Shown here: positions 19,942 to 30,042 of the stretch, piece after piece | Position numbering within the stretch: position 1 is the first letter of the stretch | Layout of the letters: every line of letters begins with the position of its first letter | NCBI GenBank assembly: GCA_963808235.1 | Contig: CAWEEQ010000004.1 | Location: forward strand, 1,568,001-1,632,000 | Source of the DNA: an uncultured delta proteobacterium | Lineage (GTDB): Bacteria > Desulfobacterota > Binatia > Binatales > Binataceae | Direction: 5' to 3' | DNA: 64,000 nucleotides | The notes under the pieces: generated by a model | What the model saw: only the letters and a program-made list of their open reading frames with translations | Database searches by the model: none | What the model was told of the DNA's origin: nothing | Translations under genes and position numbers: made by a program

Positions 19942-20226
19942 ATGAAGACACCGAGGGTAGCAGGAGCGATGCTCGCGACGGCGGTCGCGTTGGCCTTCGC
20001 CGCGAGTGCGGCACATGCCGCGGATACGTCGAGTCCTGCGACGCAGGCGCAAATCAAGTGCCTGGGCGCAAACGCGTGCAAAGGTCAGAGCGCGTGCAAG
20101 ACGGTTAGCAACGATTGCCAGGGCAAGAATTCGTGTAAGGGCAAAGGTTACATCATCACGACCGACGCCAAATCTTGCGACGCCAAGGGCGGTCACGTCG
20201 GCAAGAAAGCCCCGATGAACATGTAG
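19942..20226 (+). CDS. Secreted Cys-rich peptide, BufA2-like bufferin (metal-binding RiPP) precursor
   Basis: Signal peptide ending AHA; core 'KCLGANACKGQSACKTVSNDCQGKNSCKGKG...SC'; SD GAGGAG. Confidence 0.75.
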   Translation: MKTPRVAGAMLATAVALAFAASAAHAADTSSPATQAQIKCLGANACKGQSACKTVSNDCQGKNSCKGKGYIITTDAKSCDAKGGHVGKKAPMNM

Positions 20227-20245
20227 CACCGGCAGCGATCCTATA

Positions 20246-20275
20246 GTCCGGCGCGTCGATTCGGACGCGTCGGAC
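20246..20275 (+). terminator. Hairpin downstream of the Cys-rich peptide gene
   Basis: GTCCGGCGCGTC-gattcg-GACGCGTCGGAC; no U-tract. Confidence 0.4.
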
Positions 20276-20382
20276 CGAATATATCCGAGGAGTCTCGATC
20301 ATGTGTTCACTTTCGGGGATTCACGCCTGGCGGCGACATCGTCGCCGCGCCTCCTGACTCAGGTGCAGGGGCTAGCCCCTGC

Positions 20383-21588
20383 CTATTTGATCGCGCCCTC
20401 TTCGCGCCATCGATTGATCTCGTCCTGGCTGTAGCCCAGTCCACCGAGGATTTCGTCGGTATGCTCGCCGAGTTGCGGCGCTAGCGATCTGATCGATCCC
20501 GGCGTATCCGACAGCTTCACCGACACGCCGATCTGCTTGACCTTCTGTCCGTTCGGCCCGTCAACCTCGACGATCATCTTGCGCGCCAGCACCTGCGGAT
20601 CGTTCGGCACTTCGTCAAGCGTAAGCATCCGGCCCGCGCAGATATCGCTCTTGCTCAGTATCTCGAACCATTCGTCGCGGGTCTTGGTCTTGAAACTGTC
20701 GGTAAAGAACTTTCCAATCTCGTCGCGCTTTTCCGGATTGAATTCGTGCGGGATCAGGTCCTCGCGGCCTAAAGTCCGGCACAGGTTGGCGAAGAACCAC
20801 GGCTCCAGCGATCCGATCGTCAGATATTTGCCATCCTTGGTCAGGTACACGTTGTAGTTCGGGATGCCCCCGTCGAGCATCGTCTCGCCGCGCTTGGGCA
20901 CCTGCCCGCCGGCGAAGAACGTCGAGAACGCCTGCGCGAGCAGCGCGACGCTCCCGTCCATCATAGAGATGTCCACGTATTGCCCACGGCCCGTCTGCTG
21001 CCGCGCGACAATCGCCGCGAGCACTCCGATCGCGCCATGCATCCCACCGCCCGCATAGTCCGCGACGATATTGTGCGGAATCGTCGGCGGCTGCCCCGGC
21101 CGTCCGAAAAGCGAGAGCACGCCCGCGGTCCCTATATAGTTGAGATCGTGACCGACCAGGTCGCGATACGGGCCGGTCTGCCCGAAGCCTGTGATCGCGC
21201 AATAGATGAGCCGCGTGTTGCGCATCGCGAGCTTTTCGTAATCGATCCCCAGCCGTTTGGCGACCCCGGGTCGGTATTCCTCGACGATCACGTCAGTGCG
21301 CTGCGCGAGGCGATTGTAAATTTCCTTGCCGGCGCCGCTCTTCAGATTGATCCCGATAGACTTCTTGTTGCGGTTGAGCGCGTTGAACGGCGAGCCGCTG
21401 AAACCCGCGCCCGGACCCTGCGTGCCGGCCGGCCCGGCCTGCGCCGCGCGCCTCCCGGTCGGCGGTCCCGGCTCTTCGATCTTGATCACCTCGGCCCCAA
21501 GGTCCGCCAGGATCATCGTGCAGAAGGGTCCCGGCGCAAGCTTGGTCAGGTCAAGCACTTTTATCCCGCTGAGCGGCGGATTCGCCAT
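20383..21588 (-). CDS. Family III CoA-transferase (CaiB/BaiF, AMACR-like)
   Basis: 'PLSGIKVLDL', 'LADLGAEVIKIE', 'LNRNKKS', 'GHDLNY', 'ADYAGG'. Confidence 0.92.
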   Translation of the reverse strand: MANPPLSGIKVLDLTKLAPGPFCTMILADLGAEVIKIEEPGPPTGRRAAQAGPAGTQGPGAGFSGSPFNALNRNKKSIGINLKSGAGKEIYNRLAQRTDVIVEEYRPGVAKRLGIDYEKLAMRNTRLIYCAITGFGQTGPYRDLVGHDLNYIGTAGVLSLFGRPGQPPTIPHNIVADYAGGGMHGAIGVLAAIVARQQTGRGQYVDISMMDGSVALLAQAFSTFFAGGQVPKRGETMLDGGIPNYNVYLTKDGKYLTIGSLEPWFFANLCRTLGREDLIPHEFNPEKRDEIGKFFTDSFKTKTRDEWFEILSKSDICAGRMLTLDEVPNDPQVLARKMIVEVDGPNGQKVKQIGVSVKLSDTPGSIRSLAPQLGEHTDEILGGLGYSQDEINRWREEGAIK

Positions 21589-21684
21589 CTTAATTCTCCT
21601 TGCTGATCAAGCGGTGCTGCCGCTTTGATGATGAGCCGGGCTCCCGTGCCTATCAGTTAAAAGTAAAACAGGCGCGCCACGGAG

Positions 21685-22071
21685 TTATTGATTCGGATTC
21701 ACCTGCCCCGGGTAAGAGTTCAATGGCAGTTGATCTGCTTCTCCCGCATTCGGATCGGGTACGGCTTGCTGATTTCCGGCGCTCTGCTGCTCCATCTGAT
21801 CGCTGTCAGCGCCCTGATCGTTGCCGCCATTTTGATTGTCGCTGGCGGAGTCATTCGAGTCGCTGTCGCTATCGCTGTCGGCACTGTCGTCCGACGGAGC
21901 GGCTTGCGCAACGACGCTAGCGGGCGCCCGATCGAGCGGCACCGAAGTATGCGCTGGCATTATCGTAACCGGCGGCGAGCACTCGGATGCTCCCGCGAGC
22001 GGCGTGCTCACCGTCAACGCCATCATCAGTAGCGATGCGGCGGTCAAACTGAGACTCACTCTTACGAACAT
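21685..22071 (-). CDS. Small secreted low-complexity (Asp/Ser/Gln-rich) protein
   Basis: Hydrophobic N-terminus, DSDSDS tract, SD AGGGAG. Confidence 0.6.
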   Translation of the reverse strand: MFVRVSLSLTAASLLMMALTVSTPLAGASECSPPVTIMPAHTSVPLDRAPASVVAQAAPSDDSADSDSDSDSNDSASDNQNGGNDQGADSDQMEQQSAGNQQAVPDPNAGEADQLPLNSYPGQVNPNQ

Positions 22072-22099
22072 GCTGATCTCCCCTGGTCCAGATCGATGA

Positions 22100-22957
22100 C
22101 TATATGACTGCTGCGCGCACCCGCGCCATTCTCTCCGCGAGCGACTTGAGCCCGTTAACCATGTGAACGCCGTACCAATGCAGATCGCGCCCGCTGACTA
22201 TCAAGACCCTGCGACCCAGTGCCGGCGGCAACATACCCTTCAGCTCGACAACGTCGGATTCGTCAAACGCATACGGCTCGTCGGGCAGTATCACGATATC
22301 AGGCCGGCGCTCGACTGCCTCCTCGAGCGTCACCGTCGGATAGCGCTCGCCCGCAGAAGCATAAACGTTGTTGTAGCCGAGCATCCTGAGCACGTCATGC
22401 GCGTAAGTGTCGGCGTTGAACGACATCCACGGCTTCTTCCATATCGGGCAGAAGACCCGCAGTCGCAGTTTGCTCCATACTCCGAGCGCCGCCTCGATTC
22501 CGCTCACCGCGAGCGTGATCTCCTTGGCCAGCGCCGCCGCTCCGGCCTCGCGCCCGAGCGCCCGACCCATCCGCAATATCGATTCCACCGCTCCCGGCAC
22601 GGTGCGCGGATAGGTGGTGAACACCGGGATCCCGCCCGCGCGCAGCCGCTCGATATCCTCGCGCCGATTCTCCTCGGCGTTGGCGATTACCAGCTCGGGT
22701 TCGAGCTTCATGATCGCGCGCACGTCGGGATTCTTGGTGCCGCCCACTTTTGTAATCGACGCGACTGCCGCCACCGGCTCGACACAAAATTTTGTTATGC
22801 CGACGATTTCGGAATCGAAGCCGAGCGCGAACAGCGTCTCGGTCCAGCTCGGCACCAGGGATACGATTCGAGCCGGCGGGCGCGCGAGCTCGACTCGAAA
22901 TCCCATGTCATCCGCTATCTGCATCGCCGCGCCCATCGCTTTCACCAACACCGGCAC
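22100..22957 (-). CDS. Helical-backbone (BtuF/FepB-like) substrate-binding protein
   Basis: 'RIVSLVPSWTETL', 'VGGTKNPD', 'LPDEPY'; no signal peptide evident. Confidence 0.85.
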   Translation of the reverse strand: MPVLVKAMGAAMQIADDMGFRVELARPPARIVSLVPSWTETLFALGFDSEIVGITKFCVEPVAAVASITKVGGTKNPDVRAIMKLEPELVIANAEENRREDIERLRAGGIPVFTTYPRTVPGAVESILRMGRALGREAGAAALAKEITLAVSGIEAALGVWSKLRLRVFCPIWKKPWMSFNADTYAHDVLRMLGYNNVYASAGERYPTVTLEEAVERRPDIVILPDEPYAFDESDVVELKGMLPPALGRRVLIVSGRDLHWYGVHMVNGLKSLAERMARVRAAVI

Positions 22958-22970
22958 ATATTCCGAGGAG

Positions 22971-23309
22971 TCACTTGCCCTTGCGCTTGACGATCGCGTC
23001 CAGTTCCCGCCGATCGCTGGTGCTCAGATGCTCCGAATCGGAGCGCTCGTCCTGACTCGCATCCCCGTTGCGCTCTGCGCTGTCGTCAGTCGTCGCCGGA
23101 CGCTCACCGTCGTTCACCGACTGCGGCTGATCGGCCGGGCGATAGGCCAAATAGTGCACCGCGGACGGAATCATCACGCGGCGCGTGAGAAATCCCAGGA
23201 TCAGCACCGCAAGAAAGGCCAGCCCAATGAATCCAAGCCGCCGCGAGCGCGCGCGCCTGGTCTTCTTCACTGTCCGCTTCGCGCCGCCGCGCTTTCGCGA
23301 AGCCGCCAC
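22971..23309 (-). CDS. Hypothetical single-TM protein
   Basis: Basic N-terminus, TM 'LGFIGLAFLAVLILGFL'; start uncertain. Confidence 0.55.
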   Translation of the reverse strand: MAASRKRGGAKRTVKKTRRARSRRLGFIGLAFLAVLILGFLTRRVMIPSAVHYLAYRPADQPQSVNDGERPATTDDSAERNGDASQDERSDSEHLSTSDRRELDAIVKRKGK

Positions 23310-23359
23310 TCGTACTCGATCCGCCACCTTATCCGTACCTCTTGGAATCTTCGAGGATG

Positions 23360-24613
23360 CTACCGCACAGGAGCACCTAATAGAACCGCGCGCATCCATC
23401 GCGCGACCAGGCGGCGCGTCGGCAGTTCGTCGAGATGACCCGCGCCGTTGTACCAGTCGACGCCAATCTCATGCGCACGCCGGCTCACTCGCGCAAGTCT
23501 GAACCAGAGCCGATAATGCGCGCCGTAAAAATGACGCGCGGCGAATGCGAGCTTGTTGAGCTTTCGCCCGACCGCGCTTTCGTGCAGCGAATGATCGTAG
23601 GCGCCAAGCGCGTCGCCACCACCGTCGAGATACGCGCCGATGGCTCCTGCGGCCAGTTTGCCGTGCTCGAACGCGCACGAGATGCCCTCGCCCATCAGCG
23701 GATCCACCCCTGCCGCGTCGCCGGCGACGATCACCCGGCCGCGCGCGTATCGGTCCGCCGCGTCGAACCATCGAATCGGAAACGAGTTCCACTTCATGGT
23801 TCGCCGAGTCATCGCATCCAGTGGCAGTTCCGGGAACGCCGCGGCGAGCTCGGCGAGCATCCGCGACTGTTCACTTTTCTCAGTTGAATCGCGAAGCCGC
23901 TCATTGAATTCGCGCGGAAGCTGATCGTAGATGCCTACATTGAGATACGGCCGGCCACCGATCATGCATGGGAACGACCAGCTGTAACCGCTGATTCCGC
24001 CGCTTACGCAGCGGAAATCGAATCGATAGCGTCGCTCGCGAAACTCGACCGCCGATTCCGGACTCACCGCGATATCCGTCATCAGCGCGCGGCCAGTCGT
24101 CTCTTTGCGCTCGCCAAACACGGCGCGGCGCACGCGGCTTCCCGATCCATCCGCGCCGACCAGCACCATGCTCTCGAAGCAGCCGCGATCGGTGATGACC
24201 CGAACCCGGTCCGCCTCCTGCGCGACCTCGACCACTCGCTCATTCTCGACAATCTCCAGTCCCGCGCGCACCGCCGCCCGCGCGAGCATCGCGTCGAATC
24301 TGTCGCGCCGGATGATCGTGCATAGCACCTCGCCTCCGCGCGAAAGATCGACGTCGCCGGCCGGCGTACGCGCCGCGCCGCGGACCACTTCGACCGCCGG
24401 CGCATCGAGCGCAATTCCAAGCTCGTCGAGGGCAAGCATGGTCTTGGGAATCAAGCCGCCGGCGCAAACCTTGAATCGCGGATGCGCCGATTTCTCGACC
24501 GCGACGATCCGCCCCGCGAGTTCTGGCCGGCGCTTCAGCAGATAGAGCGCGGTCGCCAGTCCCGCGGGACCGGCGCCTGCGATCAGCACCTCACATTTTC
24601 GCGTGATCCCCAT
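23360..24613 (-). CDS. FAD-dependent oxidoreductase (geranylgeranyl reductase-like)
   Basis: GAGPAG, 'KVCAGG', GADG, 'AGDAAGVDPLMGEGI'. Confidence 0.88.
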   Translation of the reverse strand: MGITRKCEVLIAGAGPAGLATALYLLKRRPELAGRIVAVEKSAHPRFKVCAGGLIPKTMLALDELGIALDAPAVEVVRGAARTPAGDVDLSRGGEVLCTIIRRDRFDAMLARAAVRAGLEIVENERVVEVAQEADRVRVITDRGCFESMVLVGADGSGSRVRRAVFGERKETTGRALMTDIAVSPESAVEFRERRYRFDFRCVSGGISGYSWSFPCMIGGRPYLNVGIYDQLPREFNERLRDSTEKSEQSRMLAELAAAFPELPLDAMTRRTMKWNSFPIRWFDAADRYARGRVIVAGDAAGVDPLMGEGISCAFEHGKLAAGAIGAYLDGGGDALGAYDHSLHESAVGRKLNKLAFAARHFYGAHYRLWFRLARVSRRAHEIGVDWYNGAGHLDELPTRRLVARWMRAVLLGAPVR

Positions 24614-24690
24614 AAAGATGCGCGGCGCATCGAGCATGCCCGAAAAGCATCCCCAATGCACCGCGCATTGCTAAGCTGCGCGCCTGGCGA

Positions 24691-26376
24691 TCAGCCCTGT
24701 GCTTCTCCGGCGGGCTTGATCACTGTGTATATCGTCGCGCCCTGCCGCTGCACCAGCAGCAGCGCCGACTTTTTGTTCTTTTGCGCGTCCTTGGCCTTGG
24801 CTACGAATTCCGCCACCGACCCGATTTTGTCGTGATTAACTTCCAGCACCACGTCGCCCGGCTGCAATGCGGCTTCAGCCGCCGGACTGTCCGGCGACAC
24901 TCGCCGGACCACGACGCCCTTGGTGGTCTCCAGATGGAACTGCTGGGCGATTTCCGGCGTGATATCGCCGACCTGCATCCCCCAGTTTCCGCCCGGCTCC
25001 TCGCTCTTGGCGGACGCTACCTGCGGCTCCTTGCGCTCGCCGATCGTGACGTCGAGGTTCATGTGCTTGCCGTTGCGGATCACCTCGACCGGCACCTTCT
25101 GATTGATCGGCGTCTGCGCCACCAGCGCCGGCAGCTCATGCTCGTCGTTCACCGGATGCCCGTTGAAACTCAGCACGATATCGCCGCGCTCGATTCCGCC
25201 CTTGCTCGCCGGCCCTTCTTTGTCCGCGCTCGCGACCAGCGCGCCCTCCGGCTTCGGCAATCCGAACGACTGCGCGAGGTCCGGCGTCACTTCCTGGATT
25301 TCCACTCCGAGCCATCCGCGGACCACCCGCCCATGCGCCTTCAGTTGGTCCATCACGTTGCGAGCCATGTCGATCGGAATTGCGAATCCGATACCGTTGT
25401 TGGCGCCGGTGCGGCTGTAAATAGCAGTGTTGATGCCGATGACTTCGCCTCTCGTATTAATCAGCGGTCCGCCTGAGTTGCCGGGGTTAATCGACGCGTC
25501 GGTCTGGATAAAATCGTCGTAATCGCCGCCGAGCGCGCGTCCCTCGGCGCTCACAATTCCCGCGGTGACCGTCATTCCGACGTTGAACGGATTACCGATT
25601 GCGATCACCCAGTCGCCAACCTGGGTCGAATTTGAATCGCCGAGCGTCGCGACCGGCAGCGCGTCCTTGGTGTCGATTTTGATCAACCCGAGATCGGTCT
25701 TCGCGTCCTTGCCGATTACCTTCGCGGTAAATTCCCGCTTGTCCATCAGCGTGACGTGGATTTCGTCGGCATTACCGACCACGTGATTATTGGTCAGGAT
25801 ATATCCATCAGCCGAGACGATTACGCCCGAGCCGAGTCCATGCTGTTTGTAGTCGCGCGGCGCACCCTGTCCGAAGTAGCGGCGCAACTGATCGAATGGA
25901 TCGCCCGGCGCTGACGGCGGGCCTCCGCCGCCGTTGCCGTTGTCGTCACCCCCGCTGCCCCCGCCATTGCCGCCGCCCTCGTCGTCGCCCTCGCCCGGGC
26001 CGCCCGGAACCATACCGAAAGGCGAACCCGAAACTTTGATGTCCTGGACGACATTCACGCTCACGACCGCCGGAATCATGCGCTTGACCAGCGGCGCAAA
26101 CGAAGTAACCACGCCGACCTTCTCGTTCGGCTCCGGCGTATTGGGCTGCGCCGGCTCCGGCGGAGGCGCCACGTGCACGCCGGGCACCGGAGGCGCCGGA
26201 AGCGGAGCTGCCGGAGCGACGGGTGCCGCCGGAGCAGCTTGCGCTTGCTGAGTCGCCGCCGGCGCTTTCGGGGCGTCGGAACCGGAACCCCAGAAGGGAA
26301 ACGCGCCGGCGCGCGCAAAGGCGATTACAAGGCCGATAAAAACGCCGCCGGCCACGGCGGCGATCTTCTTAAGCAT
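24691..26376 (-). CDS. HtrA/DegQ serine protease with two PDZ domains
   Basis: [19 protein letters not shown]; long Pro/Gly-rich N-terminal linker. Confidence 0.95.
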   Translation of the reverse strand: MLKKIAAVAGGVFIGLVIAFARAGAFPFWGSGSDAPKAPAATQQAQAAPAAPVAPAAPLPAPPVPGVHVAPPPEPAQPNTPEPNEKVGVVTSFAPLVKRMIPAVVSVNVVQDIKVSGSPFGMVPGGPGEGDDEGGGNGGGSGGDDNGNGGGGPPSAPGDPFDQLRRYFGQGAPRDYKQHGLGSGVIVSADGYILTNNHVVGNADEIHVTLMDKREFTAKVIGKDAKTDLGLIKIDTKDALPVATLGDSNSTQVGDWVIAIGNPFNVGMTVTAGIVSAEGRALGGDYDDFIQTDASINPGNSGGPLINTRGEVIGINTAIYSRTGANNGIGFAIPIDMARNVMDQLKAHGRVVRGWLGVEIQEVTPDLAQSFGLPKPEGALVASADKEGPASKGGIERGDIVLSFNGHPVNDEHELPALVAQTPINQKVPVEVIRNGKHMNLDVTIGERKEPQVASAKSEEPGGNWGMQVGDITPEIAQQFHLETTKGVVVRRVSPDSPAAEAALQPGDVVLEVNHDKIGSVAEFVAKAKDAQKNKKSALLLVQRQGATIYTVIKPAGEAQG

Positions 26377-26625
26377 GCATTCCTCCTGGAATGTATCGGA
26401 ACTGTTGCGTCATCAGGCAGGCTAGATGCGAGGCCATTCAACTATCGGACGATAAATTTCGCCCGAAATTCAGCCGCCCGCCTAAGCATATCGCCCTCGA
26501 TAACGACCAATAGCCCGCACAATAGACTATCAAATCAAATCGGCGCGCATAAGCAAACGTGTAATTTCGGAGCGGATTCGCCCCGCTTGGAGCGTTACTG
26601 TCCGGCGCGACTCGCTCGTTTGTCT

Positions 26626-26715
26626 CTCTCCCGCGGCTGGCGACTCCGTCACCAGCCGCAAGCCGGGAGAGGTCGCGCGACGACATTTACGTCGCCGCGC
26701 GGGTGAGGGCGCTGG
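26626..26715. repeat. REP-like palindromic element (CTCTCCCG...CGGGAGAGG...GGGTGAGGG family)
   Basis: Homologous copy at 32257-32346; partial copies near 36094-36195, 41350-41490, 45805-45850, 47043-47109 and 48417-48483. Confidence 0.75.
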
Positions 26716-26739
26716 CATCTGCCTCGGCGCTCTTCGTTC

Positions 26740-27204
26740 CTACTTCTGCGCCTTCATTGCCTTGATATCGTCGAGCAGCACCTTCTCGTGCCCGTTCGGA
26801 TTCACTTTCTCGTAGACCTTGCGCAGATTCCCCTTCGGATCGATCACGAAACTGGTGCGGTTCCAGTACTTCGTCCCGTTATAGTCGGTCTGCCCGATAC
26901 CCGCGCTCTTGAGTAGCTCGGCCAGGGGATCGGCGAGCAGATCGATCGTAAAGGCAAACTTGTTGCAGAAGTTCTTGTGCGAGGCGACGTCGTCCGCGCT
27001 CACCCCGACCACCTTGATTCCGGCCGCGTCGAAGTCCGCCTTGCTCGCGGTGAACGACTTACCCTGGATCGTGCATCCCGGAGTGTCGTCCTTGGGATAC
27101 ACGTACACCACCAGCCACTTGCCGGCAAAATCGGCAAGCTTCATCTGCTTGCCGTCCTGGTTGGGGAGACTGAAATTCGGAAACGGTTTACCTGTTTCAA
27201 GCAT
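26740..27204 (-). CDS. bcp: Peroxiredoxin, Bcp/PrxQ family
   Basis: 'VYVYPKDDTPGCT', 'GVSADD', 'RTSFVIDPKG'. Confidence 0.88.
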   Translation of the reverse strand: MLETGKPFPNFSLPNQDGKQMKLADFAGKWLVVYVYPKDDTPGCTIQGKSFTASKADFDAAGIKVVGVSADDVASHKNFCNKFAFTIDLLADPLAELLKSAGIGQTDYNGTKYWNRTSFVIDPKGNLRKVYEKVNPNGHEKVLLDDIKAMKAQK

Positions 27205-27339
27205 GATTTTTTCCTTCCGCCGCGCACGACGGTTGATTTTGTTTCCTTCTCTGCCTGGGCCAACTCCGCACCGGAGCGGGATGCGTTCGTGCCAACTCTA
27301 TCAAGTCTTAAGCGAAGCCGCGTGGCAACCACAACGTGG

Positions 27340-27388
27340 GCGGCCTGCACGTTCACTTAAAAAGCGGCCTGCACGTTCACTTAAAAAA
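27340..27388 (-). repeat. Two tandem copies of TTTTTAAGTGAACGTGCAGGCCGC
   Basis: Further copies at 27929-27953 (-) and 48295-48315 (+). Confidence 0.85.
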
Positions 27389-27862
27389 TTACTTCGTCTT
27401 GTACCCCGCCGCCGCGCCGATCTTCTTCATCTCCGCCGCCGACAGCTCTCGCTTGAGCGTCGCAATAAACCACGTATGCCCGAACGGATCCTTCAACTTG
27501 CCCGATCGCATCCCGTACTCCTCATCTTTCACCGGCCTGATTTCTTTCGCGCCCGCCGCGAGCGCCCGGCTGAAGGTCGCGTCCGCGTCTTCGACCATCA
27601 GATGAAGTCCCACCGCTGAGCCGCCGAGCGTCTCAGGACTCAGCACTTCGATCTCCGGATGCTCATCGCTGAGAAAAACCGGCGTTCCGCTGATCTCGAT
27701 CTCCGCGTGCCCGATTCTTCCGTCCGGCCCGGTCCAGCGCATCGTCTCGACCGCGCCAAACGCACGTTTGTAAAAGTCGATTCCTTTCGCCGCACCCTTG
27801 ACGGTCAGGTAGGGCGTAATCGCGCGCGGCCCATTCGGAATTGCATTCACTTTGTTCGCCAT
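27389..27862 (-). CDS. VOC/glyoxalase (PhnB-like) protein
   Basis: 'ITPYLTVKGAAKGIDFYKRAFGA', 'DPFGHTW'; start MANKV. Confidence 0.9.
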   Translation of the reverse strand: MANKVNAIPNGPRAITPYLTVKGAAKGIDFYKRAFGAVETMRWTGPDGRIGHAEIEISGTPVFLSDEHPEIEVLSPETLGGSAVGLHLMVEDADATFSRALAAGAKEIRPVKDEEYGMRSGKLKDPFGHTWFIATLKRELSAAEMKKIGAAAGYKTK

Positions 27863-27953
27863 GATCTCTCTCCTGGAACATGAAAGTGATCGGTAAGTTG
27901 CCAAAGCCGTGCGCCAACAACAACGTCGGCGGCCTGCACGTTCACTTAAAAAA

Positions 27954-29525
27954 CTAAAACATGAAAGTGATCGGACTCGACGCCGCGAACGCCCACGCGA
28001 AAAACAGGCTCTCCGCCGCCGCGATCAACACCAGGTTGCGCGACGCGCTGTACGCCGCCGCGGCGAAGATCTCCATGATCGCCAGGTTGAGCACCTGGAT
28101 CGGCAAGACCAGCATCAACACGAACGGCAGAATATGGAAGTGCACGCCCACGACCATCAGGAGCAGGATCAGCACCCGCCCGATCGACGCGATGAAGGTC
28201 GAAAAAGCGAGACCGCCCCGGCGCAGAATAAATTCAAAGCCCATCCAGAACGGAAATAGCAACACGCTCCCAATCGCCAGCGCCGTCACCCGCTCCGGCG
28301 AAAGCGACAGGTTGTGCAGCGCCGGAGAGATCGCGACCATGCACACATAGATGATTGCGAAGCCAAACGCACCGGCAAGAAAAGCGGGGCCGAAGCCTTC
28401 GCGAATTCGGTTCCAGTCGATCGGCCACCAAACAGCCAGCGCTATGATCGCAATAAGACCCGCGACCCAGAACCACGAGATCTGGATATCTCCGATCACC
28501 AGCTCTACAAACGCCGCCGGCGTAGCAGTCGAGATCAGCGGCATCGCCGCGATCAGCGCGACGCCAACGATAAGCAGCCCGATCCACCAGCTCACGCCGG
28601 CGCGATCTTCCGGCCACGCCGGCACTATCGATCCCGCCAGCCGCCCGATCGGCACCAGCAGAAGCACGAACAGTATCAGCGCGATTCTCGCGGTCTTTAC
28701 TCGCGGTTCGGACACGTTGATCGCGCCGCTGCGAGTGGTTCCAAACGTGCTGTCGAGCCATTTCACGATCGTCGTCGCCGCATCGGGAGAAAAAATGATT
28801 CCGGCATGATCGACGCCCGGAACTCGCACCGCTTCGATCGCGTTACCCTGCGCGAAATCGCCGTACAGTTTGCCCGGTTCGACTTGCGCCACGCCCGCCA
28901 GATGAGCCGCGAGCGCGAGCGAAGGCCCCTGGATCGCATCGGCCGGGTCATGTTCCGCGAAAATAAACAACGCGTTCTTCGGGCGCTCCGGTCCGAGCGT
29001 CCATCCGCCCGAAATCATCACCGCGCCCTTGAGATTCGGATCGTTAGTCGCGTAGTCGAGCGCGGCGCCCGCGCCCATCGAATGCCCCATCACCACGATT
29101 CGCGATCCGTCGACCTGCTCGTACCGGCGGAGAAATTCCACCGCGGTCTTGACGTTGTCGCGCAGCTTGCCCTCTCCGGGGCCTTCGTTGTTGAACGGAT
29201 TGCGATTCTCACCGTGCCCGTTCACGTCGATCGCAAGCACCGCGTATCCGTTTTCCGTTATCCGCCGCGCGAGCGCGCTCATCGTCTCCCGATCCGCGCT
29301 GAAGCCATGCACCAGCACCACCGCGGCCGGTCGCTCGGCCGGCGGCTTGGGGAACTGATTGAAAAATGGATACCCGCCACCCGGCAGATAAATCGTCGCC
29401 GGCTCCATCCCCGGCAGCAGCATGTCCGCATGCGCCGGGCCGCCTTCGTTGAGACGCCCAAGCCGCGCGACCACAAGCACGAACAGCACCGCCAGCACGA
29501 TTGCGATGATGCGCCAAATTTTCAT
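27954..29525 (-). CDS. Alpha/beta hydrolase with C-terminal multi-TM domain
   Basis: LVHGF, GHSMG, 'GVDH', followed by about 7 TM helices. Confidence 0.85.
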   Translation of the reverse strand: MKIWRIIAIVLAVLFVLVVARLGRLNEGGPAHADMLLPGMEPATIYLPGGGYPFFNQFPKPPAERPAAVVLVHGFSADRETMSALARRITENGYAVLAIDVNGHGENRNPFNNEGPGEGKLRDNVKTAVEFLRRYEQVDGSRIVVMGHSMGAGAALDYATNDPNLKGAVMISGGWTLGPERPKNALFIFAEHDPADAIQGPSLALAAHLAGVAQVEPGKLYGDFAQGNAIEAVRVPGVDHAGIIFSPDAATTIVKWLDSTFGTTRSGAINVSEPRVKTARIALILFVLLLVPIGRLAGSIVPAWPEDRAGVSWWIGLLIVGVALIAAMPLISTATPAAFVELVIGDIQISWFWVAGLIAIIALAVWWPIDWNRIREGFGPAFLAGAFGFAIIYVCMVAISPALHNLSLSPERVTALAIGSVLLFPFWMGFEFILRRGGLAFSTFIASIGRVLILLLMVVGVHFHILPFVLMLVLPIQVLNLAIMEIFAAAAYSASRNLVLIAAAESLFFAWAFAASSPITFMF

Positions 29526-30025
29526 CGCGCACTCACCGCGCGGCTGGATGCGGCATGATGCTTCGCAACTTTCTCAATCGGTACGTCTTTCTTGTGCGTC
29601 GCAACCATCCAGATATGGCCGAACGGATCTGTCAGCGCGCCAATTCTGTCGCCCCATTCCTTGTCCGCCACCGGCTCCATCACTTTCGCGCCCGCGGCGA
29701 CAGCGCGTTTGAACACCGCGTCCGAGTCGTCGACGTAAACATAAAAATGCACCGGCGTGCCGCCCAGCGAGTCCGGACTGCGCGACCAACCCTTGGCCGC
29801 CCACTCGGCGACATGTTTCGAGCTGTCGTCGGAAATTCTGATCAGCGAATCGCCGATCTTCAGCACCGAGTGATTAACCTTCCCGTCCGGCTCCGCCATC
29901 CGTTCCAACTCGGTCGCGCCGAACGCCTGGCGATAAAACTCGACCGCGCGCGCCGCGTCCTTGACGCTCAGAAAAGGGGTCACGCTATGCCATCCCGCCG
30001 GAATCTTTTTCACTTTGCCAGCCAT
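29522..30025 (-). CDS. VOC/glyoxalase (PhnB-like) protein
   Basis: 'VTPFLSVKDAARAVEFYRQAFGA', 'WGDR..DPFGHIW'. Confidence 0.9.
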   Translation of the reverse strand: MAGKVKKIPAGWHSVTPFLSVKDAARAVEFYRQAFGATELERMAEPDGKVNHSVLKIGDSLIRISDDSSKHVAEWAAKGWSRSPDSLGGTPVHFYVYVDDSDAVFKRAVAAGAKVMEPVADKEWGDRIGALTDPFGHIWMVATHKKDVPIEKVAKHHAASSRAVSAR

Positions 30026-30042
30026 AATTGTTCTCCCCGTTG

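Noticed and set aside
27276-27295. Sigma54 promoter upstream of bcp (TTGGCACG)
   Set aside because: No GC at the required GG-N10-GC spacing.
27340-27953. Possible CRISPR array from 24-nt repeats
   Set aside because: Two adjacent copies with no spacer and one distant copy; no regular spacing and no cas genes.
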